Positions 13,811 to 28,389 are shown, counted from the stretch's first letter. The stretch: 64,000 nt of DNA from Octopus vulgaris (GCA_951406725.2 OX597835.1:48236001-48300000), one strand, 5' to 3'. A program made the numbers and translations. Notes: generated by a model not told the origin, from the letters alone.

Positions 13811-14099
13811 TGCATTAATATATATTTATATATATATTAATTCTTATTTATATATATTAATCTAGGCGAGTATTTAAACCCTGAAAATAACTATCACCCC
13901 GGCTTTTAATCTTTAATTCCTTTCTCCAGAGAATAAAAGTTTGAAATAAATCTAATTGATTTTTATTGCTTCCAAATTCACCAGATCGAAACTTCTATCG
14001 ACCCCACGCAACTGTAGGGAGCCATCGAGTTCATTTTTCAAGCTGATTCTTTCTTGTTTTTAGATACCTAACGTTTATCTTTGTGTCATCCTACTGATT

Positions 14100-14151
<52 letters not shown>

Positions 14152-14259
14152 TGTGTGTGTACATACACACATATAAACATATACAAATGTGCACATACAT
14201 ATATAGATGTAAGTATATAAATGTATTTATCTTCACATTTGCAGATATAGTATATATAT

Positions 14260-14291
<32 letters not shown>

Positions 14292-14418
14292 TATTATATA
14301 TATAGAGAGAGAGAGAAAGGGAGAGAGGGGAGAAAGAGAGAGATGTATATATATATATAGATAGATAGATAGATATAGATGTTTATATATTTATATGTGT
14401 ATATATATATATATATAT

Positions 14419-14537
<119 letters not shown>

Positions 14538-14553
14538 TAGATGTTTATATATT

Positions 14554-14593
<40 letters not shown>

Positions 14594-14963
14594 CATACAT
14601 ATAGATGTCTGTATAGAGACATAGATATGGGTGCATATTTACTGTTTGGTTTCTCGGTTTATCCTCCCTTTTTTACTAAAACTTTCCGTATTAATAATAT
14701 ATTTTGGAAGTTAATATTTTGCCTGTAAGCTCTACTAATTATGCCACCCACCACTGCTCTCTTCATCCTCCTTCTTCTCCTTCTTTCTCTTCTTCTACTC
14801 TACTACTACTGCTGCTACTGTTACTACTACTACTAATAATAATAATATTAATAATAATAATAATAATAATAAGAAGAAGAAGAAGAAGAAGAAGAAGAAA
14901 AAGAAGAAGAAGAAGAGCAACAACAACAATAATAATAATAACAACAACAACAACAACAACAAC

Positions 14964-15037
<74 letters not shown>

Positions 15038-15314
15038 CAACAACAACAACAACAATAATAATATTAATCTGATCGATCTTATTGCCGTTCTGAAAATGAA
15101 ATCATCGAGCAATTGCTTGTTTGATATCAGGCGATATTTCTATACCTATCTATAACTAGTACTATGCGCCCCCCACTCACCCACACATCCACAAACAGAA
15201 ACACACAGCTATACACACTTACCCACGCTCGTACTTATCTATTTACTCATGTGTATATGTGTATGTATACATAAAAATATACATTATACATACATATATA
15301 TATACAAACACACA

Positions 15315-15386
<72 letters not shown>

Positions 15387-15423
15387 CGTATGTGTGTCTG
15401 TGTATATACACAGACACACATGC

Positions 15424-15491
<68 letters not shown>

Positions 15492-15494
15492 TTG

Positions 15495-15643
15495 TTTGTC
15501 TGTGTTCGTCGCCCAGCTATCGCTTGACGACAACTGTTGTTGGTGTGTTTAAGTCTCCGTAACTTTGCGGTTTGGTAAAAGAGACAAATAGAATACGTAG
15601 TAGGCTTGCAAAGAATAAGTCCTGGGATCGATTTGCGCAACTG
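15495..15643 (+). mobile_element. SINE family A, 3' half
   Basis: ATCGCTTGAC..TTGGTGTGTTT..CCGTAACTT.GCGGTTTGG.AAAAGAGAC..AAGAATAAGTCCTGGGATCGATTTG. Confidence 0.8.
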
Positions 15644-15910
15644 CTGTAACAAATAAAGGAAAAAAAGAATCTATATATATGTGTCTGTGTGTGTGTGTGC
15701 GTGTGTGTGTGTTTGTTTGTCTATACATATATACGTAAGATATTTAATCTCGTCTACTATTTCATTAATGTTTATTTAGTAATATGCAGCCAAGTTCATA
15801 ATTAGTTACAAATTTAAAACTATACACAGAAGGTAATACCCATTTGCATGTTTATATTTATGTGTATGCGTCTAAGGTGTACGTATGCGCATGTACGTGA
15901 GTGCGTGCGC

Positions 15911-15949
<39 letters not shown>

Positions 15950-16172
15950 GGCAAACATTTTTATCCCATCATATGCCTATATTTATGCATACACCCATGC
16001 ATACACACTAACACAGACACATATTCCAGTAGATTTAGATATAGACATAGGCATATCCATATATACATATATATGTGTGTGTATATATAATATACGTATA
16101 CATATACATAAATGTATATGTATATATATATTACATATATATATGTGTGTGTATGTATGTATAGATAGATAA

Positions 16173-16203
<31 letters not shown>

Positions 16204-16269
16204 CATAAGAAAAATAGATTGAAAAATAAATAGACATATAGATAGATAGATAGATGATATATTTATATA

Positions 16270-16304
<35 letters not shown>

Positions 16305-16336
16305 ATAGGTAATAGATAGAAAGATAGATAGATAGA

Positions 16337-16390
<54 letters not shown>

Positions 16391-16401
16391 ATAGATAGAT
16401 G

Positions 16402-16496
<95 letters not shown>

Positions 16497-17159
16497 GCAC
16501 ACTCACGTTCAGTTGTGCATATTTATATATGTAAAACTGTTAAAATGTCTTCATTTAGGACAATGTCTACTCGAGAATACCTGCTGGAGCTAAATACAAA
16601 ATTATATTTCCTAAATGAAACCAGTATAGCAACCGTATGTGGTAGGACAACTTGTAAGAAAGAGCTGCTTGATATCCCTCAATAAAGAAGTAATTACCCT
16701 GAAATTAAATCTTTATCATCGGAAAAAGAAACAGATTTTCATAACAAGATGGCCAGATTAAATCGTATATGTGACCTCGTCACAATTTGAACTCAGAAGG
16801 AAAAGATCCGTAAGTGAAAACCGTATGAGAATTGGTTCGATGGCATATTGATTCTGTCAAACCTATTCGACGTAATTACCTTTAAAATTAAAATAAGGAG
16901 AGATTGTTTAATGTAACTTTTGATACGCTGCACTGGAATAAAAGATGGAATATTTAAGGAAGGTACATCTTATAGGTATGTTCCCACAGGGCTGATATAT
17001 ATTTGGTTCTGCCTGTTCTTGCGAGATGGAAAGAACATTAACAAAGCCGGCAACAACATTAACAATAACATCAACAACAACACAAATGCGCAAACATATA
17101 ACCAAATGATTAATTTCAACATCTACATTTCCGTTGTATACATCAGTCATTGTTAGTAG

Positions 17160-17230
<71 letters not shown>

Positions 17231-17398
17231 CATATAGACAAACATATATATATATATATATATATATATACACTCACATACACACACACACATACACATA
17301 CACATATACATATACATATATATATAAAGTTTGTATGTATATGTATGCGCACAGATCTTTTTATTTATATATATTCTGTTTATGTATATACATCTCTA

Positions 17399-17460
<62 letters not shown>

Positions 17461-17464
17461 ACTA

Positions 17465-17521
<57 letters not shown>

Positions 17522-18223
17522 GTATGTATACATACATACATACATACATACATGCTTCTGTGTGTGTGGAACCGTATATTTCTATGTAATACATACTAAT
17601 GTTGTCTCTTACACTTTATGCAAATATATATATTTTAATACATATATCTCTTGTATCAGATTAGAGAAATTGCTATGATGTATCTCTCTCAGGAACCAAG
17701 AACCATCTGATCCAATCTTGTATCTTAATAGATTGATTTCTTTATACTTTCTCCTATTTTCTTTTCGCAAATTCTTGTTAATATTATTGGTAAAATACAT
17801 ATTAACGGACAGCTGCAGGTTAAAACGATAACAGCCTTACCAAGATATTATTATTTCACAATCTGTCTGAATGCCTCACTTCATGTCTTTTATATACCTC
17901 TGTCCATGACTCTTACTCTCTCTATCTTTCTCTCTCTCTCTTTCTCTCTGCAGACAGACACACGCACGCACTCCTAACACTCGCAAACACACACACACAC
18001 ACACACACACATACATACACACACACGCACACGCGCGCACACACACACACACACGTACAAACACGCACGTATATACGCATAAATATATGCATGCATCCCA
18101 CTGTATGTAGGTGTGTTGCAGCTGTATAAACTACGTTTGTATGATTAAGCGTTCGTGTAAATATGTCTAACATAAAAATATATTTATACATATGTGCACA
18201 TATACGCACATACATTCATACCG

Positions 18224-18260
<37 letters not shown>

Positions 18261-18389
18261 CATATATAAATACATATATACATACATATATAAATACAAA
18301 TATAAATACATATATACATATATATATATATACATATATATATATAAAGGAGACCATGCGCATGTATTATTATTATTACTGTTATATAA

Positions 18390-18797
18390 CAGCGAGCTGG
18401 CGGAGTTGTTTTGTACATCGGACAAATTGTTTAGTGGCCTTTCGTCCGCTAATACGTTCTGAATTCAAATTCCACCAGGGTCGACTTTATATTTCATCCT
18501 TTCGGAATTGATAAAATCAGATCCAGTCGAAATTACTGGCCTTGTATCAAAATTTGAAATCCTATTCATAATTGTAATAAAACAACGTGCTGGCAGCCGT
18601 GTTTCGTAACACGGACAAAAGGCTTGGCGGCATTTCGTCCGTCGACACGTTCTCAATTCAAATTCCGCCGAGGTCGTCTTTACCTTTCTTCCTTTCGGAG
18701 TTGATAAAATAAGTACCAGTTGAACATTGAGGTCGATCTAATCGACTTATCCACTCTCCCGAAATGATTAAGCCTTGCCCCAAAATTTGAAACCAAT
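18390..18797 (+). mobile_element. Two head-to-tail SINE family B copies
   Basis: GCGAGCTGGCGGAG...TTCAAATTCC.CC.GGTCG.CTTT..CTTTCGGA.TTGATAAAAT occurs twice (18390-18560, 18585-18797). Confidence 0.8.
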
Positions 18798-19531
18798 ATT
18801 ATCATAATTGTTGTTGTTGTAATATTAGATGTAAATATAAAACGACTGCCGGTAGCTATATGCTTCTGGATACAATAAAATATTTCGTCATAAATTTACT
18901 CAACTCTTAAAACACCTTCTCATGCACTTAATAAAACGTCAAACCATGGCCATACATTTTTCACTGGACGGATTTCTGCTTAAATAAACAAGTTAAATGA
19001 AATCCCATATATTATATACACCTTATTGTACACCTTCTACCCTGTCGGGTCTACACCCAGTTTAGAACGAAAGCATTCAGTCGCATTAAATATTCTAGCT
19101 AATGCTATAGTGACGTTGAGAATATAAATTACAGAGACTGAGATTTTAATGTTTACTCCAAAGATAGTCATACATCGGCAGAAGCCTTCGTTCCATTTAG
19201 CATTATTCCCTAGTCTTTGAGTGCCATTAGTGATGTTTACTCTTCTGCTGGAAACTTGTATGCCTTGGCGCTAAAATATTTTCTCACAAAGGCATTGATA
19301 TAGCTCTACAGGTCGTAGCATGCTTTGACCAGTCGATGGTTGGTGTTAACTGAATCAATAAGGATGCTAGCGTCTGGAACTGCACACTAATTCCATTCTT
19401 TTTTGGAAAATGTCAAAAGGCGGTAATAAAATATGATAATTCTTTGAAAGACATAAATCCCAAATTTAGGAACTGATCTGGAGTTATGAGTGTTCTGTAA
19501 TGAATGACATAATGTCATTATCGCCAATGCT

Positions 19532-19685
19532 ACATCGACCCCAGTACTCAACTGGTACTTATTTTATTGACTTCGAAAGGATGACAAGCAAAGCTGACCC
19601 GGGCGGAATTTGAAATCAGAACATCAGAGACGGACGAAGGCTGCTGAGCATTACACCCGGGGTGCAAACAACTTTGTCAGCGCAC
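19532..19685 (-). mobile_element. SINE family B
   Basis: ATCGACCCCAGTACTCAACTGGTACTTATTTTATTGAC..GGCGGAATTTGAA. Confidence 0.8.
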
Positions 19686-19688
19686 CAT

Positions 19689-19728
<40 letters not shown>

Positions 19729-19730
19729 GC

Positions 19731-19762
<32 letters not shown>

Positions 19763-19873
19763 TGATGTTGATAATATATACTATTCCGAATTAAATATAT
19801 ATTCATGCATATGGATAGTAACATGATATAATAAATGCATCTGTACGTATTTATGAGTCTATATGTGTTTGTT

Positions 19874-19943
<70 letters not shown>

Positions 19944-20386
19944 TTCCTCTGTGTGTGTGTGCGTGTGCGCGCGCGTGTTCAGTAGAAGACGCATTTCGAT
20001 ACGTTATTATTTTTCGAAAAGTTGATAATTTCGAAAGTATTTTCGGTTGTCTCAGCCGAATAGTTTCAGGACCAATGTTAAAAGTTAGGCAGTGACTGTA
20101 TTTTAAGGGATATCATTTACCGCACACCAGAAATATTCTGTGTGTATATGTGTACATAAGTGTGTGTGTGAGAGAGAGAGTGTGTGTGTGTTGATCTATA
20201 TGTATGTTTTGCGTGTCTGCGTGAGTATTGTGCGTGCGTATGTGTGTACAATTTCATATGAAAGTATATATCTATTTTATTGGTTTCTGTTTGTATATAT
20301 CTTTGTGTGTAAGCTTATGCGTATTTACATGTATATAAATATATAGATAGATATAAAAATTGATAGATAGATATACATATATATAC

Positions 20387-20431
<45 letters not shown>

Positions 20432-20554
20432 TACGAAAATATAAATATTGTTAAAATGAAGTCAATATCCAGCGAGAATGAAGCAACACATAGAATTATG
20501 AATATATAAAGCGGTATATTTCTAGCAATGATCGTACTTCGTGTACACCTGCTT

Positions 20555-20619
<65 letters not shown>

Positions 20620-21135
20620 GTCTGTATGTATGTATGTGTATATATATAGGGAGAGAGAGAGAGAGAGAGAGAGTATTATACGACTGTCTGCTTTTCCGAT
20701 AATGTATATTGCAATACTTGTATATGCTTTACACTTATAAAATTTTAAAAAGCTTGGCTCAATGCGTTCGCACGCGCCCACGCGCTCGCACGTGTGTGTG
20801 TGTGTGTGTGTGCGCGTGTGGGCGAGTGTGTGATTAAATGCGTTTCTGAAAATCCAATATCTAGTTGGTGCCAACTGCTGTCTAAATTTGGATCATAACA
20901 GACCCAGCATTTTTCAAAAAACAAAATGCAGCAACAGCAAAAAACAACAGCCACAACATCAAAAGCTACAACAACAACAACAGGATGCGCAACAACATGA
21001 ACAGCAACAACAACTAGAACAATAACTTCTAAACTTAAAACAAAACGGCAACCTGTACAAAATTAAATTTTCAATCCAATAAGTTGACATGGCCATCCAC
21101 TGGGATTCTATAAATGTTTTTTTCTGTCGTTCTAC

Positions 21136-21346
21136 CTGGTTTCTCATGTTGCTGCTGCTCTTCTTCGTGTTGGTAACGATGGTTTTACTGTTTGTGGTGT
21201 TGGTGTTGTAGTTGGTGGTGCAGTTGGTGGTGGTGTTGTTATTGGTGCGAGTTGGTGTTGATGGCCTTGGTGCTGAAGTACTGGATTTCTGAGCAGCTTG
21301 TGTTGATGCGAGTGCCGTTGTTATTGTCATTAATATCCTAGTAGTA

Positions 21347-21407
<61 letters not shown>

Positions 21408-21617
21408 TGTGGTGGTGGTGGTGGTTATGACACTAGTGATACTACTTGCTGCTCGGTCTCTTCTCAGCCTTTCATCAAAGACCATTTCTAAACATGCCAA
21501 AAAAAATCGTCCAATTCACAATTTCGCGCCGCAACCGTCGTTCCAGTAGCTACCATTGATTCTACAGCGAATATTGTGGCTTCTAAGCTGAAATTGCTTC
21601 GCTTTAAAACACACGGT
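21136..21617 (-). other. Candidate low-complexity coding exon (unconfirmed)
   Basis: ATG at 21485 gives MVFDERLRRDRAASSITSVI-T(n). Restoring one base in the (GTA)n tract at ~21348 joins it to the 21330 ORF, ending at CAG|GTAGAA (21136); possible acceptor TTACAG at 21618. No family recognised. Confidence 0.25.
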
Positions 21618-21730
21618 CTGTAATCAAATTACTTAACAGTCAAGTTTCATCTCCCAAACGCTATCAACCTCCAGATGATTCTTCATTTTTCGCCATTAGA
21701 TTTGACTTATATAACATGTTTAGAAATTGA

Positions 21731-21878
21731 TGCAGGTGTGGTTGTGCGTTATGAAGCTACCTTCCGAATGACATGGTTCCTGGTTCAGTCCCATTGAGTG
21801 ACACCATGGGCAAGTAGCTTTCACTATAAATTCGGGCTGACCAAAGCTTTGTGAGTGGATTTGGCGGACGGAAACTCA
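21731..21878 (+). mobile_element. SINE family A, 5' half
   Basis: tRNA-like head with B box GGTTCAGTCC, then GGCAAGT..CTATA..CGGGCTGACCAAAGC.TTGTGAGTGGATTTGG. Confidence 0.8.
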
Positions 21879-21892
21879 TATATATATATCTT

Positions 21893-22082
21893 CATCATGC
21901 TTGACCGCTAAATCTATAAGTTTTTTCATTCTCTCTCTGTTTATTTTTTTCTTATTCCTTTCTGCTTAAGAGCGTAAACTCGAAACGTAAAAGAATTGTT
22001 CATTTTCTCAAGCGTCAAACTAATACACCTGCTTGTTATTCCTACACCCTCGTCTTTTGTTTTTCTATAAATTTTATCTGTA
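21893..22082 (+). mobile_element. PLE-type terminal repeat H1 with mutated hammerhead
   Basis: CTGCTTA-A-GAGC-gtaa-ACTC-GAAAC-GTA at ~21962-21989. Confidence 0.7.
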
Positions 22083-22244
22083 TATGTGTGTGTATGTATG
22101 TATGTATGTATGTATGTATGCATGTATGCATGTATGCATGTATGCATGTATGTATGTATGTATGTATGTATGGATGTATGGATGTATGGATGTATGTATG
22201 TATGCATGTATGCATGTATGCATGTATGTATGTATGTATGTATG

Positions 22245-22283
<39 letters not shown>

Positions 22284-22329
22284 GTATATGTATATATATA
22301 TGTATATATATATATATATATATATAATA

Positions 22330-22843
22330 GCGTGCTGTAAAATCACACCACTCCATTCACACTAGCACTGGCCACTTCTCAGCACCCACATCACACAACG
22401 TCATCCACACACCCACACACATAATCTTCAATAATCACCACACATAACACTATACACATATCCACACGTTACAGATGCACACACAGAGATTTGTCAAAGA
22501 CTTGACAAAGTAACTGTCTTCTATTCACACACACACTTGCACATTCATACACACCATTCTCACATGCCCACCTCCGCACAGGCACCTTCAGTTGGTGTTA
22601 CCGTCCCTTCCTTCCAACCTCTTCTTTCAAACACCTTCTCAAATCAGTTGCTATGCTGGACCGCTAAATCTACAAGTTTTTCCTTATCTCTGTTTCTTTC
22701 TTCTCATATTTCTTTCTGCTGAAGAGCGTAGGCTCGAAACGTAATAGCCTTTTTCATTTTTCATTTCCCGGCGTCAAACTAACACTTGCTTGTTGTTCAT
22801 ACACTTGTCTTCGTCTTTTCTTTTTCTATAAATTTCATCTGTA
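22330..22843 (+). mobile_element. PLE-type terminal repeat H1 (22651-22843) with upstream CA-rich body
   Basis: CTGCTGA-A-GAGC-gtag-GCTC-GAAAC-GTA at 22716-22743. Confidence 0.7.
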
Positions 22844-22857
22844 TATATATATATATA

Positions 22858-22960
22858 AAATCGTTAAAGGCACGAAATTGCGTATGACCCTCTGGCCGAT
22901 AACTGATGAGGAGTTGGTGACCATCTGTATCTGTTTCCAGTTTGTGCATTTATTATATGT
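22858..22960 (+). ncRNA. Second copy of the permuted hammerhead-like motif
   Basis: aaATCG-ttaaag-GCAC-GAAA-TTGCG...CGATAA-CTGATGA-GG; same spacing as 2122-2186. Confidence 0.4.
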
Positions 22961-23679
22961 CATTTAACTCATATGTGTATATCATATCATATCATATATT
23001 ATATTATATTACAATATATTACACTATACGTATCATGTAATTCCACTCTAATTCTCTGAATAACCATCCTTAAAAAATTTCCACCATTTTCTCTAAGCAA
23101 AAAAAGAAAAATGTTTTTGACAATACATTCCAAACATACACTCACACACTCTCTCTCTCCCTCTCTTACACACACACACACTCTCTCTCCCTCCCTCTCT
23201 TACACACACACAGCTGGTTAAACCATGAATAAGTGGCTTCCCATTCACTTCAAAAGACTTCCTGTAACTTGAATTCTTGAACTTCATCCCAAACCTACAT
23301 AAAACAAAACATTTATATGAGACTGACTAAAGCAAATGTTCGTTAAGATCTTAAATATGGGTACAACCTGTTAAACCCCGAAAAAAGTGTCTTTTCTCTC
23401 TGACTCCCCCCAAAATTATTTCCAGTATTTGATAAGAGGGACACATCGAAACCAGTAATATTTTATTAGACATTCTCTAAAACGTTCTTCTATGTCTTTT
23501 CCAGCTTTATTTACTTTTTTAAAACTATACATAAAAATATATTAAATATATTACAATACAGGTGGCCGGTTAGCAGTTAAAAAAGAAGGGTACACAAATA
23601 GTACCAGTTTTGCTAGAAATAGGAGTGAAAAACGACTCGAATAGCTACACAAAGCACTAACTTCATGTACTTGTGTGTG

Positions 23680-23840
23680 TGCTTGTGTCTGTGTTTTCTT
23701 TGTTCCTACCACCACCACCGCTTGACAACTGGTGTTGGTATGTTTACATCCATGCAACTTAACAGTTTGGTGAAAGCGATCAATAAAATTAGTATCAGGC
23801 TTTAACACAAAAATAAGAACCGGGGTCGATTGATTCAACG
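23680..23840 (+). mobile_element. SINE family A, 3' half
   Basis: CCGCTTGACAACTGGTGTTGGTATGTTTAC...GGGGTCGATTGATTCAAC. Confidence 0.75.
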
Positions 23841-23844
23841 ACGA

Positions 23845-24180
23845 CAATGGCGACGATGATGATGAGGATGATGATTATGATGATGATGGTGGTGGTGGTG
23901 GTGGCGGTGGTGGCGGTGGTGGTGAAGATGATGGTGATGAGGATGAGCAGGAGGAAGAGATCAACTTCATGATCATCATGAGAAGGACGACGATGATGAC
24001 GATGGCTATGGCAAAGAGGACAACGATGTCGATGACAATGAGCACGATGATGACGATGATGATGATGATTATGACGATGAAGATGATGGTGACGATGATG
24101 ATGATGATTATGACGATGACGATGATGGTGACGATGATGCTGATGACGATGATGATGATGACAATGATGCTGATGACGAG
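23845..24180. repeat. Imperfect (GAT/GAC/GGT)n trinucleotide tract
   Basis: Direct reading. Confidence 0.9.
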
Positions 24181-25014
24181 AGACATCTTAACACTGAAAA
24201 ACACACACATACTTTGTTTCTCATGATTGCTTTTCATATAACGACAGTAATATTGATGTTACTACTGTTGTTCACATCACCGTCATCTTCGTCTTGATGT
24301 TGTTGTTATTGTTAGAGATGATGATGATGATGATGATGATGATGAGGAATTTATTTTCCTTTCTTGTTGCATTTAAATATCGACGATGAGCACTTTTCTT
24401 CTTCTTCTTCTTCTTCTCCTATTCCTTCTTCTTCTTCTTCTTCTTCTTCTTCTTCTTCTTCTTCTTCTTCTTCTTCTTCTTCTTCTTCTTCTTCTTCTTC
24501 TCCTTCTTCTTCTTGTCGTTCTTTTCAATGTTGTCCTTCCTCTTAGTGTTGCTGCATCTTGTAGACATTCAACTCAATTTTTTTTTTTATAATTTTGTTC
24601 ATTTTGTTATTGCTGGTATTTTTAGTGTTGCCGTTGTTGTTGTTGTCGCTGATGATGTTGCAAGTCTATTCTTGTTGGTTTTTGCTATCAAAAGAAGGCG
24701 AGGATAGAGGGAAAAGCGGAATGAAGGTGCCGGATTGGGTTAAGGGTAAGATTAGGATCCGTTCTTAACGAGGATAAATGGAATTCTAGCGGCCATTGCC
24801 GTCTTTGTTGTTGTTGTTACGGTTAATGTTTTTCACTTCGTCATAGCTGCCATTATTGTCGTCGATTTTGTTCTTCCTCTACGTTTCCTAGTAATACATA
24901 CTTATTTACACACACATACACACAAACATACATACACACAAACACACACACACACAAACACACACTCATACACACGGGTAAACACGCACATACACACGCA
25001 TGTAGATACTGATA

Positions 25015-25050
<36 letters not shown>

Positions 25051-25070
25051 TATACATATATATATATACC

Positions 25071-25101
<31 letters not shown>

Positions 25102-25102
25102 G

Positions 25103-25154
<52 letters not shown>

Positions 25155-25174
25155 TATGCTAATATACATCTGAA

Positions 25175-25332
<158 letters not shown>

Positions 25333-25869
25333 AATATATAAATATGTATATATATATATATACATATATATTTTTTTTTTTATTCATATGTTTGTGTATT
25401 GCTATTTCTTTGTGAACATACAGATGTTTACATTATTTTATTCATGTTCTATTCCTCTTTCAATTCCTTCCATTTACCTGTCCAAAAAGTTGGAAAAATC
25501 AAGGAAGAATTGGCGAGCTTCTTTTGGAGAAAGATCAAACAGTAAGTCTTTGGAGGATAACGTTTTGCTTGGCTTTTATTTCACCATTATATCATATTGA
25601 AATCTATCATATTATGGTATATTGCATTATGTTATGTTTTACCTTTCATTTTTCATTAGCCTGTCTCATCGAGTCAGACAACATCAGTTACAATCACAGC
25701 ACAGAAATATATACACATGTACAAATGTATATAAATCTATGTCTTTACGTGTTCATACATACATACATACGTTTATATATGTATGTGTATATATATATAT
25801 GTATGTTTGTGTTTAGATACATATATACGTATATGTATATATATATATATAGATATATATATCTATATG

Positions 25870-25930
<61 letters not shown>

Positions 25931-26014
25931 ATCATATATATATTTGTATGTAAATTTGTATAGTCATATGAATAAGTATATGTGCTTGCATACACATACA
26001 TATATACATACTTA

Positions 26015-26147
<133 letters not shown>

Positions 26148-26148
26148 T

Positions 26149-26181
<33 letters not shown>

Positions 26182-26590
26182 CGTGTGTAAGCGTGTGTGA
26201 GCGTGTGTGTGTATACGTATAGACTGCGAAAACTACAACAAACTTAATAAACAATACAAAACGATTAAAAAATGCTAGGAAATATGAAACAAACAGAACA
26301 CCACATCAGTAGTTATGGAATATTGGATAATAATTCCTTTTATTTTTGATATATTTGTTTTATTCACTTTAACTTTTCAAAGACAATAAATAATAGAATA
26401 ACAAAATTAGAAAATATTTTGTAAAACATAGTTTTCTAGAAGTGTCTTGTCTAAAGTCAAATTGTCGTCGTATTTCAACTAGAATTCAAAGCTTGTCATA
26501 TTATAACAAGAAAATTCAATTTCTCAAAAATCGGTTTTTGAAATCAAATTTAAAGAATCGCACGTCATAGAGACTGTCTCTTTCTTGATC

Positions 26591-26628
<38 letters not shown>

Positions 26629-27514
26629 CTTCTTCTTCTTCTTCTTCTTCTTCTTCATCTCGGAAATACTGTGACCATTCCTGTGAAAGTGAGTATAAAT
26701 TTGAAAGCAGAATGTTTAACGTATCAAAGAATTCACTGTGAAAGACCACCTTAATTCTTTGCTTGACATCGTCACAACAACACGAACCTTCAAACCACTC
26801 CCACTCTTATTTTATTTTTCTCATTCAGTGAATTATCCATTTTCTAACATTTATTATATTTTTTTAATTTTACACCTTTTTTCCAATTTTGAAATGTTAA
26901 TTTTGAATTTATATATAATTTTGTCATCGTTTGATTCGCATGAAATATGGTTGTTTATATGTGTGTATGTGTGTGTGCCTATGTGTGTGTGTATGTGTAT
27001 GCATATATCTGCGCAGTGTGTATATGTGTGTAATTGTATGCATTCGCGTGTTCGTAGCAGGAAGCAAATGTCCCATTCTTGCGCTATATTTTACATTTTA
27101 AAGAAGAAAAGTTGGAAAGAAAATTTTAAAACAGTTAAAAAGAAAAAAACTAACAGCAGAGAAAATATTAAAAAAGGGTTAACTTTCAAGATCAAAATTT
27201 TATATTAATAATAACAAATAAATGTATAAATTACACTTATAAATTGAAAGTGTACACAGCATTAAAACTGATGATGATAGAATGCAGGACAAGATCAACA
27301 ATGGTGACAAGCCCTACAATATTATCAATTCTAAAAGTCTAAATTTAACAGCAAGTGGCATATTGCATGAAAGAACCAACAGCAAAAAGTTGCAGCTAGA
27401 AATAGTTTTCTATAAGGTTCGTGTTCTTATGAAGTTTTCTGAAGAGTTAATACAAATGTGGTAGCGTCGCCATTAAAGCTACACTAATGCTTTATAATAC
27501 TTTAGGGGGTGGGT

Positions 27515-27673
27515 CGTCTGTCTTTACGCTCTCAGTTCAAATTCTGCCGAGGTCGACTTTGACTTTCATCCTTTCGGGGACGATAAATTAAGTACCAGTT
27601 GCGTACTAAGGTCGATCTAATCGACTGACCCCACCCCCAAAATTTCGGGCTTTGTGCCAAGAGTAGAAAAGAA
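27515..27673 (+). mobile_element. SINE family B
   Basis: GTTCAAATTCTGCCGAGGTCGACTTTG..TTCATCCTTTCGGGG.CGATAAATTAAGTACCAGTT. Confidence 0.85.
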
Positions 27674-27754
27674 TACTTTAGGCGTGAATTGGTTGGATGA
27701 GTGGGATTCGTTGTTTGTGCTAAGGTCTTTATGTTTCGAGTTCAAGTTTTATCC

Positions 27755-27930
27755 TTTTATTCAGTCATTAGACTTCGGCCATGCTAGAGCACTGCCTTGA
27801 AGAAGTTTAAGTCAAATGAATCGACCCCCACCCGGCACCGTACTTATTTTGTTATTCTATTTTGCCGAAACGCTAAGTTACGGGGATGTAAACACACAAA
27901 CACTGATTGTCAAGCGGTGGCGGCGGAGAA
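27755..27930 (-). mobile_element. SINE family A, 3' half
   Basis: Reverse complement of family A tail (CGGCCATGCTAGAGCACTGCC..TTTGCCGAAACGCTAAGTTACGGGGATGTAAACAC). Confidence 0.8.
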
Positions 27931-27955
27931 ACACATACACAATGACACACACACA

Positions 27956-27986
<31 letters not shown>

Positions 27987-28098
27987 CATATATACATATA
28001 TACATATATACATAGCTATGTATACATATATACATATACATATATATATACATACATGCATACATATATATATACACAAACATACATGTATATATACA

Positions 28099-28146
<48 letters not shown>

Positions 28147-28224
28147 CACACACACACATATATATATACATACATATTTATATACATATATATATATATA
28201 TATGTAAATATATATATACAAAAT

Positions 28225-28389
28225 GTGACCGCGTGTGTACCGTTGGTGATTTTTTTCCTCCGTCTTCCCTTCTCTGGATCTTTCCTTTTCCTATGTTTCT
28301 GACGAAGAGCTCCGCTCGAAACGTTAAGCCCTCCTTCTTCCCGTCCTCGCGTTGTTGTGTTTTCTCTTTGTGTTTTCATGTTTGGATTA

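Noticed and set aside
19000-19530. Possible CR1/L2 remnant on the minus strand
   Set aside because: Translations too degraded to show a diagnostic motif.
23845-24180. Asp-rich reading resembling an acidic biomineralisation protein
   Set aside because: No start or signal peptide, no clear splice context; indistinguishable from decayed (GAT)n.
26440-26694. Possible plus-strand exon ending at AA|GTGAGT
   Set aside because: Donor-like hexamer only; no ORF or convincing acceptor.
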